A DNA stretch of 64,000 nt from Lingula anatina (taxonomy: Eukaryota; Animalia; Brachiopoda), in contig CM120642.1 of NCBI GenBank assembly GCA_051362555.1, forward strand, positions 7,750,001 through 7,814,000, in the 5' to 3' direction. The position numbers were made by a program, and so were the translations under genes. Each line of letters starts with the position of its first letter. The stretch's first letter is position 1. This document shows, one piece after another, positions 45,443-56,261 of the stretch. The notes under the pieces were generated by a model, which saw nothing but the letters and a program-made list of their open reading frames with translations, did not search any database and had not been told where the DNA came from.

Positions 45443-47181
45443 GGAAGGGTGGGCGAAAGAAACATGTGAAATAATTACTAAAATCTTGTCTAAGATCCAA
45501 TGTCGTGTCCTAGATCATGTGAAAGATAACAAAGGTGAACACATACTATAAATTCCATCATACTGTTTATTCCATCAATACAAAATTAATCACATAATAA
45601 CTAAATAAAGCTGCCGACTTAGCACTGTATCTGCCTGTTTATCATTTGCTTATATGAGTATTCCTATTGTTAACAGAACAATGAAGTAACGCTTTTTATA
45701 CGTGTCCCATGTATTGTTGTTGATTACCAGTTATTCACCAAAACGCAAACAGAACGACGTACGTTAAATGTGCGGTTGCTTTTATTTGTATTGAAACTTT
45801 GTGGCCTTATTCATTTCTATATCAAACGGTAGAGGAATCTAACATGCCTATCTAAGAAGGAAGTCACCACACACTTTGGATTTTAGGGGCCGATTTCTAT
45901 GCTTTTAGGTACCTTGTATAAAAGGCAGCCGTTAAGAATTTGATATCGATAATTAAATCAATCTTCAGATATGTCCCCTCTTTCCCTGACATATTTCATT
46001 AAATCTCTGCTTGTTACTCACCCCAGTTTCCACTACCCCTGTATACAACTTTGCAATATAAAGAGGAATTTACATATTGATGCCAGGAAGACCCCTCCTA
46101 CATTTCTTGGCATTATTTATTAATTTATTTATTTGGTCTGTATAAACGCAACTTGCTTTTACTATCACGTTCATCAGGTTAATACCCAAAATGCCTACCG
46201 TCGTTTCTATATCCTGCTGCTTCCATACGATGTCTTTGAACATACATTCTTGGTTACAGTTAACTTAAATGTAAAGTTTCCAGACTGTCTCCCAGTTTTA
46301 AATGCCCATTCTCAGAATTCGTCCACTTACGTCCGAGATCAGGTCCACGTTGAAAACGATAGGCAATCAAAACAAAAAAAATGTCTTGATTAAAATAAAA
46401 AACATTTAGCAAAGAGCTTTCGAAATATGTTGAAAGTGAAATGATATTTATTAGGATAAAAATAAGGGCTCCCCCTCCGACCCCCCCCCCCTCGTCCCAC
46501 GTCGACAGAAAGGTGTGCGAGAACGTGTTTAACTCTAGTGATCTTGAAGTAAATGAAACATAACAGTTTGGCTCATGAGCGTTTTTTTCTCTCTTATTAT
46601 GAAAAAGAAGCTTAAACTATGAGAGGGATATTGGCGATTCCGTTTTGTGATGTGAAGGGCTAAGAAATGCCCGGGATCCTGGATATTCTTTGTCTGTGTG
46701 GCTTCTTCGGACTTCATGAAATATCCAAACCTTAGAGCTACAGTCTATGATTGCGTTAGATGCGACAGCAAAAAATTGTGCACTCGCCTCTCAACAATAC
46801 CATTCCACAATTTCCTGTAAGCCATCCCCGTTATTAAGTTTTTGGAGCGGGAATCGATATCTCTTGTCAGTAAAACCCAGTGTAAAGGGGCCTTTAGGTT
46901 ATCTGATTAATTGAGACAAAAAGTCTGGTTTTGAATGCTGCTGAAAGAAACAACACGCAAAACAAGGCAGTTTTTCAAGTGTGTTATTGTTATTAATTTA
47001 GGGGAATGGCATATCGTATTTCAACGTGTACGTTTTGCAATCCCACATTATCACTCTTGACAAATATCTTTACATAGACACTTACCACCCGTTTTAGAAT
47101 AATCAATGTAAGAGTCATTTCACAGTCTTTGGCTGCCATGAAGTCTGCCTGTTCATAGAATGAACATTGATCATATTTTAA

Positions 47182-47516
47182 AGGGATAACAACTGTTCGT
47201 AAGATATCCATATTTCACAATAAATACATTGAAACTAACTCATAGAAATACAATAATTTCTATTTTGCCTCCAAATCGGCGGTTAACACAATTATTTTAA
47301 CATTTGTACTTGCCATGACATCACGTGATTTCCATAGATGGCTACACTCTGTAATAATCTCTTAAGAGATTATTACAAAAAACCAAACTTAAAAAAAAAA
47401 CAGGGACTAAATTTGAATGTGGGAATGGATTCACTTACAATTGGTAAGTATGGGAAAATTGTCCTTTATCCCAGGAAAATTAATTTTTTGGGCTAAAATG
47501 AACAGTTGTTATCCCT
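47182..47516. mobile_element. Kolobok-like MITE with perfect 17-bp TIRs and a TTAA TSD
   Basis: AGGGATAACAACTGTTC (47182-47198) and GAACAGTTGTTATCCCT (47500-47516); TTAA on both sides; paralogous empty site with a single TTAA at 58532-58535. Confidence 0.9.
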
Positions 47517-48073
47517 TTAACTAAAGACTTCTGGATATTTTATGTATATGCTTTTACCATTTACAAGTGCAGTTGAGGTTAAGAAAGAGAAAATGTCAGC
47601 TGACTGAAATTTTATAGAAAAATAGTTAATTAATTAAGATAAGCCTACCATACATGTATATTTTTCATATTCATAGTTTTCTTCGATGTCTTTTTATTTT
47701 TGTCTCATTATTCTGTCTCTCAGAATCTTTGAGCTATTTCCTTGGTGTAATATACAGTTTTCAATGCAGCATATAGCACTGGTTGTCATCCAAGATAATT
47801 AATAGGCCCAACTAATTTTAAGTTCTTCAAGGTACATTTCATTTACTATCATTGAAAATTATCAAATTAAATCAGTATTTCTAGGCAACCGACAACAACG
47901 TAATAAAAACGTGGCAAGTGAAAAATTTACAAATTACCCGTCCTCATGAGCCTACAAGTAATCATTTTGTATAGTTATCAAAGTCTTATAATTAAAATTA
48001 AAAGTTATTTTAATTAGAAGTTCTTGAAATAGAAAAAGAATTAAGTGCGCAAAGCAATGGAAATGTCATTAAA

Positions 48074-49730
48074 CACCCAAAACCCAATATAGTGGTGAAT
48101 TTCACATGCCGAGCTGTCAAAAAATAGAATTAAATCAATTCAAAGTTGTATTAAATTTTTTAAAACATGAATGTGTATAGAACAAAAATCCACGACTGCC
48201 TCAATTTTAAATGAATTTTTAATTTTTATCTTGTCTTTATATTAAGCCTCTCTTACAACCCGTCGTGCGTGCTTAGAGATCGTGCGTCCTCGGAGTGCTT
48301 GTCAGACGTAGCGTTGTTGCAGGATGAAAATTAAATCGCAGCGGACGTAAGTAGTAAGTCTTTTATGAGTAGGTGTGTCGTGCTCTAAACGTGAGGCCTG
48401 CAAGTGGTCTGTACGCCTTTTTTTGGAAGTAGGAAGAAGTAAGGAGCACGTACGATCAGTACTTGTGTCGCACACAGTGAGTGAGATAATCATGCGTGTA
48501 TTGCAAGTGAAGCGTACGTTTTCAGAAATCGTACTTACGAAGTAAGAGAAACGTAAGATAAGAGAAACGCAATGAGCACGGAAGTGGAACGCACGGATAA
48601 TCAAAATAATATAAAAGGGAGCACCGAGTCTCTTCATCATTCACTGTTTTGGCTTCCAAAATGGCACTTCCAAGAAGGATGCGCCATCGACTTCTACAGC
48701 TGCTAATGCTAGAGGAGGCCGAAGATCGTGACGCAATGCTGGCAGTGATTGCTCGGGATCGCCTGCACTTTTATCGTGCTGGGCACGTGTGTCGTCTTAG
48801 TGTGACGCACTTCACAAGTATGGTAGTAGTACTCGCCACGCACTTTGGAAGTAAGATAAACGCACGGAGGAAGTGCGCTCACCCCCCTTTTTGTTAACAC
48901 GTACATTGAAAGCAAGTTGAACGTACGAGCCTCTTGCGTGGTAAGTACGTCTTCGTGGTAAAATACCCCGGAATTTCTGCATGCTTTTCCTGCGTTACAC
49001 GAACGCCTAGCGCACTTACTCAGTACTTTTGTCTTGCGTGCTACGAGCGTGCTCCAGGCGTTCTAATTGTCGCAGACAGGTCGTAGCGAAAAACTGGCCG
49101 GCCAGTTTTCGGGCTGCGTGCTTTTCGTCATGTTTGCGTCCACCAAAAAAAGTACGTTCCACGCGCGTGTATCTTACTACTTGGCCAATTTTTTGCACGC
49201 AAACCGCTCGTAGAAGCACGCACGTTTTCTGTTTTCTGTTCCTGGCCGAAAAATATTTTGTGATTCCATGATATACATGTAGTTTGATATTTCTGATATA
49301 ATATTTGGTTCACAAGAAGAAAAATAGTTTATTTAATGCTTATTTTACTATCGGTAGGGCGTATTTCCCCGTCTTTTCAATGACAAGCAAACTAAAGTCG
49401 CTCAAAACAGTTAACTGTTCTATACAGAAGATTATCATAGTTTTTCACAACGTTATATTTGTGGGAGATAAATAAAAGAACAAAACCAGTGATTATTGAA
49501 TTTTCAAAGTGAGTAAAACAAAACTTTTTGCATTTGTGCCAGTAACGTATGTTCCTTTTTCGGGTTAGAAAATGAATTACTTTTGATTTTCCATGGTTCC
49601 AGGAGAGTGGAACTTTGATACAAACTTCTTCACGTGACGTAGTTTGCAAATTTGTGCACTTAGTATTTTTAAGAGCGTCCCTGTGTCTGTGACCTTGTTT
49701 GCACCTCTAAAAAAAATTATTGGGTTTGGA
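48074..49730. mobile_element. ~1.65-kb insertion just 3' of FAMeT-domain gene copy 1, containing a nested CpG-rich (possibly PIF/Harbinger-like) element at ~48244-49224
   Basis: Absent from the homologous flank of copy 2 (58805-58830). Short inverted ends CCAAAACCCAATA 48077-48089 and TATTGGGTTTGG 49718-49729; inner inverted 11-mers CGTGCGTGCTT 48264 and AAGCACGCACG 49214. Confidence 0.6.
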
Positions 49731-49769
49731 TAAAGCGTTATTAGACAACTATCTTCCAAACCAAGCCGT

Positions 49770-52700
49770 TTAGTTGTACACGATCCAGTCAGCTGTGTAA
49801 CCGAATCCTGTGACAGCGTGTATTTCCGTCACCTCATTAAATTGTTCCTTGTCCCACCACATGCTCGTTTGCAATCCGGGGACAGTGCCTCGTCCAATGA
49901 CTATAGTGGACGCCGTCGCATTCCATTTTAACCAGAAGGGATAATATTTCTCTGAACTTATGAGGTCGCGACTTACAAAACCACTTATATGGGCGTAGCG
50001 GTCGTATATGCCCGGGATATTTAATACCACGGCGGGATAGATACTCGAAGTGGAGGAGTGCTGGTAACAGCAGGTGATTATGAATGTGAAAACATCTTTT
50101 CCACGCTCTCTGATATTAATGTATACTTCCTCGCCTGAAAATTGAAACAGAATAGTTTAAATTAAAAATGAATGACAAACATACTAGAACATCAGACAAC
50201 ATACCCTTATGTTTTGCTAGGGTAGTGTAAATCTATTAAAAATCATGACAGGTGTTGCCCATGTGGCGAAATTTGATGCTGAACACAAATATGACAATCA
50301 ATAATTTCTCCAACTATTTAGGTAGGAGAAATGACAATTTTCAAAATGACGGCCAAAACGGCCTACCTTTCATCAACAACAATAAAAGGTACTTTAGTGC
50401 GTCATATGTCTTTTCTTATGTTTAAGGGGTTGTAGAATCCAATTTTGATGTTAATACTCAGGTTGGTAGGCCTAGTTTTTACAATGAGTTCAGTTAGCAT
50501 ATGAGTTAACAGTTAGCCTAAATGTCAAGCTAGACTGAAGAGCAGCTGCCCCCCCCCCCCCCCCCCGGGATTTGAGGTGCAAAAAAAATAATGACAAAGG
50601 TAAAAAAAAAAATTGCAAAGTTGGTATCAATTCTGTGAGAAAATGCACTCATGGCCACTAGACAATCATTCAACAATCTGTTAACAAAGGAGTAGGCCTA
50701 CTGTTTTTAGCCAACTCACTTCATGCCAAAAAGCTCACCCTCCCTTAGGGAGCTATCCCCCAAGCCAATTGGCGTGTTGTGTTGAAAAAAATGACTGTAG
50801 GCTACTTATGGCAAAATGAACCCACAATTTCTGACTTCTGATTGAGCAATAATTAACAGTAAAAATGCACCAGAATGCAGTATTATACATACAGTTTTTT
50901 AAAAATTTTCCACACCGTGGGAGGGGGACACCCCCTCCCACCCCCTACCCCCTCGGGCTTCGCCCCCTTGTGTCTTCTTACTGCCCCCCCCCCCCCCCCC
51001 CCCGGCATTTTGCTCAGGCTACGGCCCTGGTACCCTACCCAGAAGTGATGATATATGTTACTGTTTCGGGGTGTTCACTCTGCATTTCATCAAAGAGCGG
51101 TAACAGTAAAATATATTTTGTGGCGGCGGTGAAATCAATGTAGCGGCATTTGATAACAACCTTTTAATCCACATTGTTTTTCCTGATCCCGCTAGTGGAT
51201 CTCGCTAAAAGAGCGGTAAAAGGGCGTTTTAGATGTGTCTCGTACATGTCCAGAAGTAAAATTGGCATTAATCTACTTGTCGGGTATACTTTATAACTTT
51301 TACCACGTGTTATACACCATCGATATTTTATTTCCTATTACAAAAGTTTGGCAAGGATGCAGCACTATTTCTTGCGTCGAAAACGATGTATACTGCTCAT
51401 CGATAAATACATCAGGTACTTTATCAAGATAAGCCGACGTTGCAATGGTTGACTTTTGCATCACTGTCTCAAGTTATCATATTCTATGAGTTGTAACATT
51501 AAACTAATCAATATTCGACTGCATAGCTCACACATATCGTTACCCATTTAACCTCCCCTTCAACGTTTTAATCATCGATAACACCATTTTCTTGTCAACA
51601 ATCATACTTTAATAGCTACATAATATAAAAGTACATAATAATTTCAGTAGTCTATAACATAAAGTTTGTTGCTCGTGTCAGACAAATAAATTCCCATATT
51701 TCTGCTAGTTTATGCTGGGCGTCTTCATTTATCATAACCTAATCTGAAATAATAAAAAACATCGACTGATTACCTTGTTATCATTAAATTATACAGCTTA
51801 TATTAGGCTTTTTTATGTTTAACTAGAAATGTACTCCGAGAGCGCAGACCTCCGCCAAGGCAGCCAAGTCTCCACCCAATGTCGTTTCAACCCTTAATTT
51901 TATTCTATAATGATTTAGTTTTTTGATTATTGATAATTTATTATTGATCGATTATTGATTGATTATTGATCCGGATCACCACCAAAAACAAATAATCTAT
52001 TCCTTGGCCCACTTAGTTTTTTTAAAATTTTTTTCTTATTGATTATTGATCCGGATCACCACCAAAAACTAATCATCTGTTCCTTGGCTCACTTCTGACA
52101 GTTTCATCAAAATCGCTACATAACTTAGTTTTTTATTTTTGATTATTGATTGAATATTGATCCAGATCACCACCAAAAACTAATCACTTCTAAGTTAACC
52201 CATTTCTGACCTATCCTGAAAATTCCATCGAAATTCATCCATAACTTTTTGAGTTATGTTGATGACAAACAGACAGACAGACAGACAAACAGGGGTGAAA
52301 ACATAACCTCTTTGGCGGAGGTAACAAAGAAAAAGGATACACACTTCATTAATACCCCCCCCTCACTCCCCCTTATATATATTACCATTGTCATTTCTTA
52401 CTGCTCCGCCACATCTTCTTCCACGGACATCTCCTCCTCCACATCTTCTTCTTCCACAGACATCTCCTCCGCCACATCTTCTTCTTCCACGGACATCTCC
52501 TCCGCCACATCTTCTTCTTCCACGGACATCTCCCCCGCCACATCTTCTTCCACGGACATCTCCGCCACATCTTCTTCTTCTACGGACATCTCCTCCGCCA
52601 CATATTCTTCCACGGACATCTCCCCCGCCACATTTTCTTCTTCTACGGACATCTCCACCGCCACATCTTCTTCCTCGGGCATTCCTTCCATCGCCGTCCC

Positions 52701-54510
52701 ACCAGCATAAGGCTCCACCTTTTTACAAGAAAAAAGTATTCAATTACGCATTGCACACCATCGTATTACAACATATGACTACAACTAAAACATTAATATT
52801 CTTAGCACTGTATATACAAGCACTAGATAAATAGTATAGTAATTTTAACATTATTTACATATGTAAAGATAGTTGAATTAATAGATAACTGACCTCTTCT
52901 TGTAGATCGCTGCATCTCCAGGCAAACTGCTCCACAAGTAGCCGGCCCAACAATGGATCCCTGTAAACGGGTGACAAGGTCCTGTTGCTTATAGAAGCAA
53001 TATTCTTCACAATGAAATCTAGGCACCACGTCCGGAGGGACGTGCACCCCATCCTGTGTGCTAAAATCAGTACATTTGTCACGTTGGTGACATCCAGGTT
53101 GTGTGAGACTGTTATCTCACACTTCTCCTGCAGACTACGTGCATTGTGGGCCATTCTGGCGGGGGCGGTGTCAGGGACTAACACATGGTTCGGATCATCA
53201 ACGTCTTTGCCAAAATCTTCCAGCAACGATGCAGTCATGATGACGGAAAGAATGTATGTATGCTCTTGCTGCTTCAGTTTTTGTTTCAGCAACTTGTAGG
53301 CCTTCAGTATTGCCCCATGGCTCACAGCAGCTTTTGCCCTGGTGAAGTAAGTATGTACCGAAACCGACCAGTCGGCCATACACCCATCCATGTGATGCTT
53401 TTTGGAACCATGGTCGGCAATACACCCTGTGCAATACCTTTGACGCATGGCCAGTATTTCTTGCACAATTAACGTCACGTAAATGAGACGAACTAATGCT
53501 ACGTCTGCCTCTACGTCGTTCTCTGCCCTGCTTTTGTCGTCATCCGTTGCCATGCCAATACATAAACATTAGATCGACATGCTCATTCCTGCCCAGTGAC
53601 GTCATCTCGTTGCCATGGTAAAACATAAACAAAAATAGGGAGTCTACTTCGTTTACTCCCGGAAACGTAAAAAAATGTGGCCGCGGCTGGTTAAGTTTAA
53701 CGCAAAGGCAAGCAGTGCACCTGACGTGCACTGGAGGAAAAGTGCACGGCATTTGGGAAGTTTTTAACTTTTGTTTTAGAGAAACACCATTTCTGTCCTA
53801 GCGTTTTTGAAAAAACTGTAAGACAAAATCTGCTCACCATATGAGTAAAGAATATGAAAAAAATTGGGGGGTTGATGCAGCTAGTCTTTCAGAGGTAGCG
53901 TCCCGAAAAGCGTCACGTTTATTAAATTTAGTTATATGGGGATTTTGCCAAAATATAATAGGACCTCCTTAAATCAAGATCTAGACTTTAAATATATCTT
54001 ACCTCTCACGTCAAAACGAACACGGTCCCGTCTGGAGAGATCAGATATGGGAAACTTGATAGAATAATTGATGTTATCCGGAGTGGAAAAGTTGAAAGAA
54101 GATCTTGTAAAACCTAGAAATAAAGGTAGTTAAAGAGATTACAAAATTCATAGAAATAAAACCCTCTTTAAAAGGTATTTATTTTTCCCACAGAGCACAC
54201 GAATTTTTATTACTGTATTTTATTTAATATAATATTTTCAATAAATTAAAAGAAGACAAACTACTGTAAAACATATACCTATGCTTAATGTTATTTGATA
54301 TGAATCGCTGACGCCCATGTCCATGAGACTTACCAATTCTTACTTCGCTTGATTTACTTGATTTACTGGCAAGTTCTGAAAGCGAATATTGTTGGATATA
54401 ATAGGAATAGCGTGCATTATTGGGCAAAATGTTCTTTTAAAGTACATGTTGACGTTAATTCTTTGGTGACATATATCAACGATAAAGAGGCACTGTAAAT
54501 GATTTCCTTC

Positions 54511-54543
<33 letters not shown>

Positions 54544-54926
54544 CATACTAATAATAATAATTTTTCCAGAAACGCGTATATGTTGTTTGTATTACTTTGT
54601 TATTTCAGAAAAAAAGCTTTTTCCAATTTGTTTCGAGAAACTTCTGCTACTTGCCCGACACCACGATTCCAGTTATTCCACTGACTATCAAAAGAAGTGC
54701 CAAGGCTGCCATCAGCTTCAGTTTTACAGTTAGTTTTCCGGCCGTTCCACTTATGTCACTCCCTTGTGCACGTCGTTCTTAAAAACAAAACAATGATGAA
54801 ATCAGAAAAAGACGGAAAATTGTTTTAGGTTACATGGGCACCAATTGTCTAAACACCACAGCAACGTGGTATATACGGACTCATTTAAAACATCAAATAA
54901 TATTTTGTATTAGAGTTATATGGTTT

Positions 54927-54963
<37 letters not shown>

Positions 54964-55422
54964 TACTGACCGTAATATGTTTGTAAGGAAACTTACCATT
55001 TTTGGGGAAATCGCCAGGAATAGTGTCATATAAATCTCCCCAATATTGGTCATCATCGTGTTTCACAGCACATCCTACGGGATTACCACCTCCAGAGGAA
55101 CGCATATTTAGTGTGCAGAGATGTGATTGAAATAAAAAAAAATCTTCCTGCCAATTCTTAAGCCAACTTGGACAGTAGCATAAATACAAAGACACAACCA
55201 CCACTTCTAGGTAGTTACAAAATAACATGATAAGTTTATTACAGCTTATATGATCTCTTTCTTTCCAATTCGATTTTTATTGTGTTTAATATGTTTGTAA
55301 GTAAACTTACCATTTTGGGGGGAATCGCCAGGAATAGTGTCATATAAATCGCCCCAATATTGGTCATCATCGTGTTTAACGGCATATTCCACGGGATTAC
55401 CACCTCCATAATAGGAGCTCAT
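49770..55422 (-). CDS. Type II membrane protein with a C-terminal FAMeT-like (Methyltransf_FA) domain, copy 1 (~235 aa; duplicated first coding exon; GC donor)
   Basis: Exons 55105-54997 (or duplicate 55422-55311), 54777-54655, 54113-54003 and 50134-49770, all phase 1, open frame. TM MAALALLLIVSGITGIVVSG; domain motifs TPD..Y, RFDVRG, DLISSEKYYPFWLKW, IVIGRG, WDKE, TGFGYTADW. Confidence 0.75.
50542..51029. mobile_element. Truncated inverted copy of the hAT5-like MITE seen at 5193-5597
   Basis: Ends in AGGCTACGGCCCTG at 51029; internal sequence matches the reverse complement of 5200-5560; the other TIR is missing. Confidence 0.8.
51821..52325. mobile_element. Helentron-associated non-autonomous element (HINE/DINE-like)
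   Basis: Subterminal inverted repeat ACCTCCGCCAA 51848-51858 and TTGGCGGAGGT 52312-52322; (GACA)n microsatellite; three internal repeats GATCC(G/A)GATCACCACCAAAAAC. Confidence 0.7.
52398..53553 (-). CDS. Nested gene: CxxC..DH..H..C motif domain + BACK-like (BTB C-terminal) helical domain + acidic repeat tail (232 aa unspliced or 326 aa spliced)
   Basis: ORF 53553-52855. Donor GAG|GTCAGT at 52894/52893 and acceptor TTTTCTTGTAAAAAG|GTG at 52719/52718 join it in phase 0 to ORF 52718-52398 (EEEDVAEEMSV repeats). LQEKCE..SHNLDVTNVTNVLILAHRMGCTSLRTWCLDFIVKN matches the SPOP-type BACK pattern. Confidence 0.6.
52404..52680. repeat. Minisatellite of ~30-33-bp units (TCCTCCGCCACATCTTCTTCTTCCACGGACATC), unit lengths multiples of 3
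   Basis: Directly visible; the reading frame is preserved across all units. Confidence 0.9.
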
Positions 55423-56226
55423 ATTTGGTGTGCAGAGATGTGATTAAAATTTAAAAAAATCTTCTGTCAAAATAGTCTAAAGTCAACGTGGACAGCCAGA
55501 CAATGACAGAACTGCGGTATGTAGAGATGGGATGAGATTATACATACCAAAAAAAAAAAATGAACTCATGGATCAATGACCACTTGTAGGAACTTATAAG
55601 CTAGTTCTATATACATATATATGTATGCTCAGTGTTTGGTTTCATCAGCATAGTCCATTTCTCTCGTGTAACCCGAGATTTGTGATGCCAGTATCACGTG
55701 CACGTTTTAATCGCATTATATAAATGTAATGAGGTCTGAAACAAGATACTCACTGCACAGAATTGCATTTTCTTCACAACGAAACGGATTTTATCATTTT
55801 ATCATGTATGTTTTTATAAATTTATTTGTTCTCGAACATTTCTGATATGCCTAAAAGATAGTGACCGTGCGCACACAGAGGCTATTATAAAAAGGAATAT
55901 ACATGTACATGTGTAACTGAAAACTCCACCCTGCAAGTCTGAAGCTGCCATTTTCTCAAGGGCAAAATGCCAGGAGTATGGTGATCGCGGGAAACCCTCT
56001 GTTTGTTTCAATCAATGGCCCGATTTTCAAGAAAACAATTGTAGTTTAAGTTATGGGCATATGTGATTATAGCATGTTTTGAATCTTACAAAACGATATC
56101 CATGTTAACATTCTCAAAGCAGATTATTAGTCCGCATTGTTGGATCTGGAGAAAGACAAGCATGTACATGCATATCTATTTCTGTTTGATTCTTTACCTA
56201 TTACATTTTTTCATGCGAGCGACTGC

Positions 56227-56261
<35 letters not shown>

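Noticed and set aside
52249-52710. Mucin-like Ser/Thr-rich plus-strand ORF
   Set aside because: It starts inside the Helentron-like repeat and is the antisense of the acidic-repeat frame, which has better splice support.
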